NCBI GenBank assembly: GCA_963716175.1
Contig: OY970296.1
Span: 1,856,001 to 1,920,000 of the forward strand
Direction: 5' to 3'
Length of the DNA stretch: 64,000 bases
DNA from: an uncultured Armatimonadetes bacterium
Lineage (GTDB): Bacteria; Armatimonadota; Hebobacteria; Hebobacterales; Hebobacteraceae
The translations under genes were made by a program, and so were the position numbers. Shown piece by piece: positions 50,022-58,706 of this stretch (positions are counted from its first letter, which is position 1; every line of letters begins with the position of its first letter). Under the pieces are notes generated by a model, which saw only the letters and a list, made by a program, of their open reading frames with translations, made no database searches and was not told the origin of the DNA.

Positions 50022-50813
50022 ATGGACGCTATCAGTAAGGACAACCGGGAGCGCTGGAACGCTTTGGCGAATGCCAACGTGATGTACTCGGTGCCCTACC
50101 TAGACTTCACCCGTGAGAACGCCGCTGACTACGCGTATGGCTATGGCATTCTCAAGGACGTCTCCGGGAAGAGGGTCCTCTGTCTGGCCAACGGCGGCGG
50201 GCAAGCGTCGGTCGCCTTTGGGTTGCTGGGCGCTGACGTTACCGTGCTCGATCTCTCGGACGTGCAGCTCGCACGCGACCGGGAGGCGGCGCGCCATCAT
50301 GGGCTGACGGTGGAGACTGTCCAGGGAGACATGCGCGACCTGTCTACGTTCGGCACGAGCCACTTCGACGTCGTCTGGCAGCCCTACTCGCTGAACTACA
50401 GCCCCACCGTGGAACCCGTCTTCCGGGAAGTGGCCCGTGTTCTCAAGCCCGAGGGCATCTACCACGTGACCTTCGCGAATCCGTTCACACAGGCCGTGGA
50501 TGATGATAGTTGGGATGGCGAAGGATACCGCCTGCGCGGTCTCTATAGTGATGGCGAGGACATGAGCCGCTACTTCCCGACCTGGGACGTGGAGCAGTCG
50601 GACGGCTCGATCATCACGGTGGATCGCCCTCACGAGTTCCGTCACAACCTGAGCACCGTGCTGAATGCACTCGTGCAGAACGGGTTCGTCCTGCTGCACC
50701 TGAAGGAATGGATGCGCCACGCCGAGCCCCTTGAGCCTGGTTCCTGGCCCCACTTCACCCAGGCTGCCCCGCCCTGGTTCGACTCGTTCTGGCAGCTCAG
50801 CAAGGCGCGATAG
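50022..50813 (+). CDS. Class I SAM-dependent methyltransferase
   Basis: 'VLCLANGGG', 'VLDLS', 'GDMRDL' and 'VARVLKPEG'. Confidence 0.85.
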   Translation: MDAISKDNRERWNALANANVMYSVPYLDFTRENAADYAYGYGILKDVSGKRVLCLANGGGQASVAFGLLGADVTVLDLSDVQLARDREAARHHGLTVETVQGDMRDLSTFGTSHFDVVWQPYSLNYSPTVEPVFREVARVLKPEGIYHVTFANPFTQAVDDDSWDGEGYRLRGLYSDGEDMSRYFPTWDVEQSDGSIITVDRPHEFRHNLSTVLNALVQNGFVLLHLKEWMRHAEPLEPGSWPHFTQAAPPWFDSFWQLSKAR

Positions 50814-51019
50814 GGAAGCCCGGGCGAACTGCAACTGGCGCGCGTGGACGAACGGATGACGGCGGCGGAGACAGATCAAGAGCGAATACAGAGATGGCTG
50901 CGCTGGTGCCCAGGGCAGGAGCAGCTTCAGCTATGAAGCTGCCGAGAACTGCACGGGTACTTGGACTGTGAGCTCGTAGCCTGTGAGACCGACTGCCCCT
51001 GTCAGCCGCCCGTAAGGCC

Positions 51020-51222
51020 GCCCCCGGGCGCCCCCGACTCCGGCTACCCCCTCGGCTCGGGGTCACTGCCTGGGGTTTCGTCGCGCGTGAGACGTGACCA
51101 GCTGAGGCACGACAGCGGCCGAAGTGCTGGAGGCCCTACCCAGTCCAGTCCCGGATCGACATCCTCGCCTATCCTCGGTGCCTCCCGGAACAGGGGTATG
51201 CACGAAGGGAGAGAATAGCACG
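51020..51222. repeat. Hairpin repeat + E motif copy
   Basis: CCCCCGACTCCGGCTACCCCCTCGGCTCGGGGTCA..; E motif at 51171-51222. Confidence 0.8.
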
Positions 51223-51378
51223 TGGGCGAGGAGGCCGGCAGTCTTCATGCATGTGATGGCGCTGGTTCTCCACTGGGTGGGGTGCACTACCGCGGTGGTC
51301 GTCCGTGAGTCCCGGGTGGCGCGTCTCATCCCATTCCCAGCGGGCCTCCACAACAAGTATGCCCTGGGGGAGGTGTTC

Positions 51379-54300
51379 ATGGTGACCAGGTACAATGTGG
51401 GAGCTGCGATACTGATGCACCTCTGTGCAGTCCTGCTGTTGACCGGATCCGCGCCAGCCGCAGCGGTGTCTGCCATATCGGTGCGTGCTATACACGACGC
51501 GGCAGAGGCGGGCAGGACCGACGCTGTCCGCCAGCTTCTGGAAGCAGACCCCAGTCTCGTCAACTGCAAGGATGTGTTCGGGGTGAGTCCTCTCCGCCGG
51601 GCGGCGGAGCATGGTCACACGGGAGTGGTCGAGCTGCTGATTGCCAAGGGCGCGGACGTCAACGCGAACGATGGGCCAAGGTCCAAGTGGACTCCCCTCC
51701 ATTATGCGGCGAAGGGGGGCCACGAGAGAGTAGTGGAGCTGCTCATCGCCAATGGCGCGGATGTCCGGGCAAGGAACTGGCTCGGCGAGACCCCACTCTA
51801 CTTGGCCGCAGAGGGCGGGCGTGAAACCATTGCCCGGTTACTTATCGCGAAGGGCGCGGACGTCCGAGCAAGGGACAGCCGGGGCACGGCGCCACTCCAC
51901 TGGGCGGCAAGGCACGGTTGGCGGGGGGTGGCAGAGCTGCTGCTCGCGAACGGGGCCGATGTCAACCCAAAGAGTGGCTCCCGCCCGTTCGAGCGACGCA
52001 GCTGGGAGGACGCGACCCCGCTGCACTTGGCTTTGGCGTACCAGCACCCCGACGTGGGCGAGCTGCTGATCGCCAAGGGTGCCGACGTTCGGGCCAAGGA
52101 TGGGTACGCCAAGACCCCGCTCCACTTGGCCGCAGAGGGCGGCTATGAGAGTATCGTGGGGTTGCTTCTCGCTAGCGGCGCCGACGTCAAGGCCAAGGAC
52201 GATGAGGGCATGACCCCGTTGCATTGGGCTCTGGAGAAGGGCCACCGCACCGTGGCCGACCTGCTGATAGCCAAGGGCGCCGACATCCGCGCAAGAGACC
52301 GCCGCGGGAGGACCCCATTGCAGTGTGCGGCAGCAGGCCGATCGGCGGAACTGGTTCAGTCGCTCATCGCCAAGGGTGCCGACGTCGGGGCCAAGGATCG
52401 CGACGGCACGACCGCGCTCCACGTGGCAGCGCAATATGGCGACAAGGAGGCGGTGGAAATGCTCCTCGCGAACGGAGCTGATGTCAACAGAAAGTGTAGC
52501 TCGCCCCCGTGGGAACGCATCGGGAGCGACGTAACCCCGCTACACTTGGCTTTGGCCTACCAGCACCCCGACGTGGGCGAGCTGCTGATCGCCTCCGGTG
52601 CAGACGTTCAGGCCAGGGACGGCGACGGCAAGACCCCACTCCACTGGGCTGCAGAGCGGGGCTACAAGGACATCGCGCAGTTGCTTATCGCAAAGGGAGC
52701 ACTCGTCAACACAGAGTGGTTCCGCCACGAATCCGACCGGGGATTCACCCTGACCTTCCGAGAGACCCCCCTGCTCCTGGCTCTCAAGAACGGCCGCCGG
52801 GACGTAGCCGAGTTACTCGTCGCCAGCGGGGCAGATGTCCGCGCAAAGGACCCCTACACCGGCGCAGCGCCGTTGCACTGGGCGGCGCTGAACGGGTGGC
52901 AGAAACTGGCCTCCCTCCTCATCGCCAAGGGCGCCGATGTCAATGCAAGGGAGAGGGACCGAGACAACCGGACACCCCTACATGTGGCCTTGGCGCGGGG
53001 CGACGCAGAGACCGCGAAGTTGCTGGTAGGCAACGGCGCTGACGTTAACGCCAGGCAAGGCGACGGCACCACCCCGCTGCACCTAGCGGCAGGAAAGGGC
53101 TCAAGGGAAGTGGCGGAGATACTGGTCGCCAAAGGTGCCGATCTGAACGCAAAGGATAGCAGCGGCCGGAGCGCCCTACACTTGGCCCTATCTGCTGCCC
53201 ACGTGGAGGTGGCGAAACTGCTCGTCACCAGTGGCGCTGAAGTCAGTGCCAGGGCCAAGGATGGCACCACCCCGCTGCACCTGGCAGCAGGAAAGGGCTC
53301 AAGGGAAGTGGCAGAGATGCTGCTCGCCAGGGGCGCGCCGGTCAGCAGCCGGGGCCCCCACAGGACTACCCCACTCCACTGCGCGTCATGGGCCGGGCAG
53401 AAGGAGATCGTGGAGTTGCTTCTCGCTAGCGGCGCCGACGTGAATGCCAAGGACGATTGCGATATGACGCCGCTGCATGAGGCGGCCAAGCGCGGCCAGG
53501 TGGAGGCAGGCGAGTTGCTCATTGCCAAAGGCGCCGACGTCCACGCACAGGCCACCAGCGTTGTCTTCGTGGAGGAGAAGACACACAGAAACGCGATCCA
53601 GGACTTCCTCGCAGGGCTTCTACATGACTGGACTGTTGGGGAAATACTGGGGCCCGTTACCAGCGCGCCACCAGCAGAGGTGTCCGCCTCACCCAGAGAT
53701 CGCAGTGTTGCCAGCCTCCCGATTGTCGCTGCCCCGTACATGCAGCCGCCTCCTCCTGATGAACCGGAGACCGAGACCCACTGGGAGGAACGCACCGTCC
53801 ATGGGATCACGCCGCTTCACCTTGCGGCCGAGGCCGGGCAGCGAGAGATGGTGGGGTTGCTGATCGCTCATGGTGCCGACCCAGATGCAACAGACAGTGA
53901 GGGGCGACCTCCGCTGGCGCTAGCGGTATCCCGCGGCCACGCTGGGGTAGTCGAGCTGCTGAGTGGGCATTTGTTCCTGCTCCAGGCCAACCAGACAACT
54001 GTTGTCCGCCTAAGCTACAACGCGAGTCGCCCACTCATCGACGGGCTACTCGACGAACCGTTCTGGAAGCAAGGCCCGCCTCTTGTCTCTGCGCTTGACG
54101 TCTTGTCGACGGGTCAGTCAGAGCGTGGAGGGCTTCGCTCAGAAGCGTGGCTGGGTGCTGACCGCCAGTGGCTCTACATCGGCGCGCGCTGCGGCATCGC
54201 GGAAGGCGCTGCGCTCCGCAGGCCGAAGGGCGACTTCGATGCGCCAGGACTGGGTGACGACTCGCTTGAGGTGTTTCTCGTGTCGCCAGCGGGTGGCAGC

Positions 54301-54504
54301 ACTGACTTCCAGCTCCTCGTTGGTGCCAATGGCGCTCCATTCAGTATGACCGCGTCTGCGGCGGTCGCGCTGAACCCGCGCATCGCGACGGCGGTCTCGC
54401 GGGGAAAGGCGTCGTTCGACATCGAGATCAGGATTCCGTGGTCGGAGATCGGTGAGCCGGACAGTGCCGAGTCGAGTCTTGGTGTTGCAGTTCTGCGCCG
54501 GTGA
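51379..54504 (+). CDS. Secreted ankyrin-repeat protein (about 22 repeats) with a C-terminal CBM9/DOMON-like domain
   Basis: Signal peptide after GGAGG; repeated TPLHxAA..G..GADV; 'IDGLLDEPFW...LYIG...DDSLEVFL...EIRIPWSEI'. Confidence 0.9.
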   Translation: MVTRYNVGAAILMHLCAVLLLTGSAPAAAVSAISVRAIHDAAEAGRTDAVRQLLEADPSLVNCKDVFGVSPLRRAAEHGHTGVVELLIAKGADVNANDGPRSKWTPLHYAAKGGHERVVELLIANGADVRARNWLGETPLYLAAEGGRETIARLLIAKGADVRARDSRGTAPLHWAARHGWRGVAELLLANGADVNPKSGSRPFERRSWEDATPLHLALAYQHPDVGELLIAKGADVRAKDGYAKTPLHLAAEGGYESIVGLLLASGADVKAKDDEGMTPLHWALEKGHRTVADLLIAKGADIRARDRRGRTPLQCAAAGRSAELVQSLIAKGADVGAKDRDGTTALHVAAQYGDKEAVEMLLANGADVNRKCSSPPWERIGSDVTPLHLALAYQHPDVGELLIASGADVQARDGDGKTPLHWAAERGYKDIAQLLIAKGALVNTEWFRHESDRGFTLTFRETPLLLALKNGRRDVAELLVASGADVRAKDPYTGAAPLHWAALNGWQKLASLLIAKGADVNARERDRDNRTPLHVALARGDAETAKLLVGNGADVNARQGDGTTPLHLAAGKGSREVAEILVAKGADLNAKDSSGRSALHLALSAAHVEVAKLLVTSGAEVSARAKDGTTPLHLAAGKGSREVAEMLLARGAPVSSRGPHRTTPLHCASWAGQKEIVELLLASGADVNAKDDCDMTPLHEAAKRGQVEAGELLIAKGADVHAQATSVVFVEEKTHRNAIQDFLAGLLHDWTVGEILGPVTSAPPAEVSASPRDRSVASLPIVAAPYMQPPPPDEPETETHWEERTVHGITPLHLAAEAGQREMVGLLIAHGADPDATDSEGRPPLALAVSRGHAGVVELLSGHLFLLQANQTTVVRLSYNASRPLIDGLLDEPFWKQGPPLVSALDVLSTGQSERGGLRSEAWLGADRQWLYIGARCGIAEGAALRRPKGDFDAPGLGDDSLEVFLVSPAGGSTDFQLLVGANGAPFSMTASAAVALNPRIATAVSRGKASFDIEIRIPWSEIGEPDSAESSLGVAVLRR

Positions 54505-54704
54505 GAGCAGTGGCACCATGGACTCAGCCCGTGCCATCCGGAAGGTCATCCGTGAGGCTGTGTCAGCAGGCGGCAACGTTCAGAGGGTGCAGGTCGCACT
54601 AGCCACGGCCTGGCGCCAGAGACGTCGGTGCGCCACGCTCTCACGGCAAGACAGGCGCTCTAGATCACTGCGCTCCAGATTCAGCCGTTCGAGCCAGGAC
54701 CCCC

Positions 54705-54780
54705 TGTGCGTGTTAAGCAGACTTGGGACATCGGTTGGGCGACGCAACTGGTGCCCTCACCCGACGGATGATGGCAAGAC
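54705..54780 (+). repeat. About 77-bp dispersed repeat, copy 2
   Basis: Homologous to 48085-48161. Confidence 0.75.
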
Positions 54781-55041
54781 CGTTGGTACATGCGCGGGGA
54801 TCGCTTGCACAACGACCAATCTCAGATCCCTTGTTGACGAGCGCCGTGGTGGAGCCTAACATGCGCACCGAGAGTCCGCCCAACCTTACACTACGGTTGG
54901 GACATGGTCTCACACTGAATCCGGGCCATAATGCATGAAGTAGTCTCAAGGCCACACCGGGCAGCAGTAGTCGCTGCTGGATGACGTGTGGGACGTGATC
55001 TTCACGGGCCCTGCACTGTGCTGTTGAGGGAGGCAGAGGGC

Positions 55042-56034
55042 ATGCGGAGGACAATGCTGTGTGCTATGCTGGTAGTTGTCGCGGCCGTCGGGATTGCCGC
55101 AGGTGGCGCGCCCGGCGTCCGATTGGGTGCCGCCGTGAAGAGGAGGAATGGCGCTCTGGTGTTGCCCTTGGAGCGGCTCGCGCCCGGCCTTGGGCTGAAG
55201 GTCTCCTACGACTCGAAGAGCCAGACGATCAGTGTCAGCAAGGGCGCTTGGAGCGCCATCGCCAGAGCGAACACTAAGAAGGCCCAAGCAGCGGGGAAGG
55301 CAGTCGAACTGCCTACGGCTCCGTGGGTCGAATTCCGGAGGAGGTCGCGGGTTACCATGGTTCCCGTGGCCCTGATAGCAACGGAGATGCTCTGGCAGGG
55401 CGGAGTTCTGCCGGACAGTATCTCCGTGAAGTCGGGACGACCCTCAGCGCCTTTTGCCGCATTTGTGCCGTTGTTCGATGAGGGGCGGGAAGCTACGATC
55501 GTGTTCTACTCCTTGGCAAGCGGCAAGCCCGTTCTCTCAGCACGTTACATCGTTCCCGGCCCGGAATCCGCGACGGAGCAACAGCCAATGGGCAAGCTCG
55601 CCATCAATACGTCGGGCCTCAGTGAGAGGGAGGAGAAGTACAGGAGCATACGTGGCGGCTTCGGTGGCAACACTGGTGTCACCGCCCTCGGTGAGTATCT
55701 GCGCAGGGAAGGGTCAGGGGCAGTCGACCTGGGAACGGACCTTGTTTCCAGCTACAGCCAGTGGGAATCCGGGATGAAGCTGGTGAAACGAGGAAAGGAT
55801 CAGGTCCTGGCCATCCAACTGTCAGTGCTGGTCGGGATCGCAGAGAGACGGGGGCAGAAGCTGAGTGTATCGGGCCTTGCTGGCGACGTGGGCAAGCGCC
55901 CCGATGCTATGTACACGGCGCGATTCGAGGGCAATACCATAAAGGTGTCGAGCGCTACAGCGGGTGTTACGTTCAGGTTGGGCAAAGAGGGCGGAGAGCT
56001 CAGCCCCAAGATTCTCTCGGTCTGGGTACTGTAG
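55042..56034 (+). CDS. Secreted protein with a copper amine oxidase N-terminal (stalk)-like domain
   Basis: Signal peptide; 'LVLPLERLAPGLGLKVSYD' and 'VELPTAP...TMVPV'. Confidence 0.6.
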   Translation: MRRTMLCAMLVVVAAVGIAAGGAPGVRLGAAVKRRNGALVLPLERLAPGLGLKVSYDSKSQTISVSKGAWSAIARANTKKAQAAGKAVELPTAPWVEFRRRSRVTMVPVALIATEMLWQGGVLPDSISVKSGRPSAPFAAFVPLFDEGREATIVFYSLASGKPVLSARYIVPGPESATEQQPMGKLAINTSGLSEREEKYRSIRGGFGGNTGVTALGEYLRREGSGAVDLGTDLVSSYSQWESGMKLVKRGKDQVLAIQLSVLVGIAERRGQKLSVSGLAGDVGKRPDAMYTARFEGNTIKVSSATAGVTFRLGKEGGELSPKILSVWVL

Positions 56035-56215
56035 CCCGTGTGAGGAACCGCCTCTGGCACTCTCCCATTCATGGTTGAACACCAGCAAGGGGCGGCTCTC
56101 CCCAGCTGGGTTCGCGGTGGCCTCGGGCGGTTTGGTGGAACCTGGCACCGCAATCCTGGACGATAGCAGAGAACTGCCGTAAGCGAAGATCACCACATTG
56201 CGGGCCGATAGGATA

Positions 56216-56585
56216 CCCGTGCTATCCAGAAACTCATCGGCGCGGTCCAGATCAGATGGAGGCACCCATTCGGTCGTGGGATAACGGATGATGAGGGGAG
56301 ACCATCTCGCCTCGGAATGGATGACACAGTCGCGACCTGGCACCTCTGACAGCGCGACCGGCCCGCAGACCCGCGAATGCGCCCCGCGCACATCCGCTCT
56401 CCAGGCGCAAGTACTCGTTCTGAAACGTTAGTTCCCGGCACAACAGCCGCGCCACGGTCGCGATCACAGGCATCCCCGCCCATCCTCAGCGCCTCCCAGC
56501 ACAGGGGTGTCAACGAGCGCAGAGAATACCACCCATGGGCTCTGCAGGGGCTCTGAGAGCCAGATAGGTTTTCGGATGGCGCGGG
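56216..56585 (-). mobile_element. 370-bp internally deleted IS (MITE) flanked by TA
   Basis: Imperfect TIRs CCCGTGCTATCCAGAAACTCATC / (rc) CCCGCGCCATCCGAAAACCTATC; TA on both flanks; transposase-like N-terminal remnant 'IATVARLLCRELTFQNEYLRLE'. Confidence 0.7.
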
Positions 56586-56619
56586 TACACGCGGCGCCAC
56601 GAGACGAGAGAGTCGAAGA

Positions 56620-58365
56620 ATGAGAGCGGTTATCTTCCTGAGCTGTGTGGCGGGCCTGGTGGCAATGCCCGCGGGCTGTCCGGCCGCAACGGATGCGGTC
56701 AAGTCAGAGAAGCTGGTGCTGGAGGCGCCGACAGTTCATTGCTTGGGGGTGAGATGGTATGTGGCCGGGGATGAGAACGGGAACGCCTCGGTGCAGGTGA
56801 GCTATCGAGGGAAGGGCGAGAGCAATTGGCATCAGGCGATGGACTTGTTCCGTGTGGGCACCGGGCCGGATTCGCAGGAAGGCGAGAAGCGACTGGAAAG
56901 TGGCGGGCGAGACGAGTGGCCGTTCCCGCTGGGCAACTTCTTCGCCGGAAGCGTGTTCGATCTGAAGCCGGACACGGTGTATGAACTGAGGCTTGCGCTC
57001 TCTGATCCTGACGGCGGGAGGTTCATGGAGGAGGTGCAGGCCCACACGCGCATGATCCCCGTGCCGCCGAAGCCGGAACGCACGCTCCATGTGGTACCCG
57101 GTGCCGGGGGCGGAAGCGGGACACAGGAGGACCCGCTGCGCGGTCTGGAGGCGGCGGATGCGGTGGCCAGGCCGGGCGATCTGTTCCTGGTGCACAAGGG
57201 CGTGTACCAGGGGCCGTGGGAGACCGACAAGAGCGGGAAACCGGGCGCGCCCATCGTATGGCGAGCGGCGGGAGACGGGGAGGCGGTGGTGGACGGCGGC
57301 GGGGCGCACCGGGCGGTGGGGGCAAACCAGACCCATGATCTGTTCTTCGAGGGGCTGGCTTTCCGCAACGCAGACTTCGTCTTCGTCGCGCACGGAGCTT
57401 CCGATCTCTCCGTACAGCGGTGTCACTTCTACCAGTGTGACTACGGCTTCACCGCCCACAACAATGAGCCGCCCATGGGCGGCTTCTACATCGCCGACAA
57501 CCTGTTCGAGGGGCCCTCCACCTGGCCGCGCACGAAGGGGATCGAGGATGCGCGGGCGATTCAGGTGTCCGGTGAGGGGCACGACATCTGCTACAACCGC
57601 ATCCGCGGCTTTGGCGACGGCATTGACATCATGGGCTCCCCTCCCGGCCGCGCCATTGACTTCTACAACAACGAGATCTCCGAATGCACCAATGACGCCA
57701 TCGAGCTGGACTACGGCCAGACCAATGTGCGCGCATTCAGGAACCACATCACCAACTGCTTTGAGGGCATCAGCACCCAGCCGCTCTATGGTGGGCCCGC
57801 CTATATCTTCCGGAACGCTATGTACAACCTGGAGTACACTCCCTTCAAGATGCACAACCGTCCCTCTGGGGTATTGCTCTTCCACAACACGATAGTGAAG
57901 AGCGGCATCCCGTGGCCCCTCTACTCGGGCGCGCCAGTCGGGAAGGCGATGTCCTGCAACAACCTCTTTGTGGGCGGGCCGGCGGACTATGCGATGGAGT
58001 TCAGCCCATTGGTTGAACAGGCTCACTTCGACCACGATGGATTCGCGGGCGGACCTTTCGCCATGTTCGCCAAGTGGCGTGGCGAGCGATATGTCACATT
58101 TGGTCACTTCCGGAGCCAGAGCGGCATCGAACGCCACTCGGTCTGGCTGGGGAACGGATCCCCCTTCGCCTCCGGGGTGAAGGTGCCGGCCGATCTCAGC
58201 GAGCAGTTCCCGATCACCGCCAACGACCTCCGGCTGAAGCCGCAGTCACGGGCTGTTGACGCAGGTCTGGTCCTCCCGAACCTGAATGACGGCTACTCGG
58301 GCAAGGGACCGGACCTGGGGGCGTACGAGCTAGGGCAGGCGCTGCCACACTATGGGCCCCGGTAG
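56620..58365 (+). CDS. Secreted right-handed beta-helix (pectin lyase fold) protein with an Fn3-like N-terminus
   Basis: Signal peptide, 'LKPDTVYE', 'ARPGD..VHKGVY', Asn ladders and 'PDLGAYE'. Confidence 0.75.
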   Translation: MRAVIFLSCVAGLVAMPAGCPAATDAVKSEKLVLEAPTVHCLGVRWYVAGDENGNASVQVSYRGKGESNWHQAMDLFRVGTGPDSQEGEKRLESGGRDEWPFPLGNFFAGSVFDLKPDTVYELRLALSDPDGGRFMEEVQAHTRMIPVPPKPERTLHVVPGAGGGSGTQEDPLRGLEAADAVARPGDLFLVHKGVYQGPWETDKSGKPGAPIVWRAAGDGEAVVDGGGAHRAVGANQTHDLFFEGLAFRNADFVFVAHGASDLSVQRCHFYQCDYGFTAHNNEPPMGGFYIADNLFEGPSTWPRTKGIEDARAIQVSGEGHDICYNRIRGFGDGIDIMGSPPGRAIDFYNNEISECTNDAIELDYGQTNVRAFRNHITNCFEGISTQPLYGGPAYIFRNAMYNLEYTPFKMHNRPSGVLLFHNTIVKSGIPWPLYSGAPVGKAMSCNNLFVGGPADYAMEFSPLVEQAHFDHDGFAGGPFAMFAKWRGERYVTFGHFRSQSGIERHSVWLGNGSPFASGVKVPADLSEQFPITANDLRLKPQSRAVDAGLVLPNLNDGYSGKGPDLGAYELGQALPHYGPR

Positions 58366-58534
58366 CCGCCGCCGGGCGCGCCGCCAGCGGGGGCGGAGGG
58401 TGGAGCGTTCATGCCCAAGGGGCAGTCGGCGAGAGTGATCGTAGAGGGAGTCGGCCTGGTCCACCAGGACCGCGGACAGGACCGGCCCCTCGTTCTTATT
58501 CACGGCTCTGGATGTCCACCGCTCGTGAAGCCGG

Positions 58535-58600
58535 CCTCAGGGCACCTCTCGACTCCGGCTGCCCCCTCGGCTGGGAGTCAGGTCTGGGGTTCCGTTGCGT
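58535..58600. repeat. Hairpin repeat copy
   Basis: GGCACCTCTCGACTCCGGCTGCCCCCTCGGCTGGGAGTCA..GGGG. Confidence 0.8.
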
Positions 58601-58706
58601 ATGCGGCTGATCCGAGCCCGCACGCAGGCTGATGAGCTGTCGGAGATCCGCGGTCCCATGAGCCTATGACAAGGGGCGCATACTCTACAGGGGTGGCCGC
58701 GCAGGA

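Noticed and set aside
56105-56145. Possible inverted degenerate junction (TTCCACCAAAC...CGAACCC on the minus strand)
   Set aside because: Similarity too weak by eye; needs a profile score.
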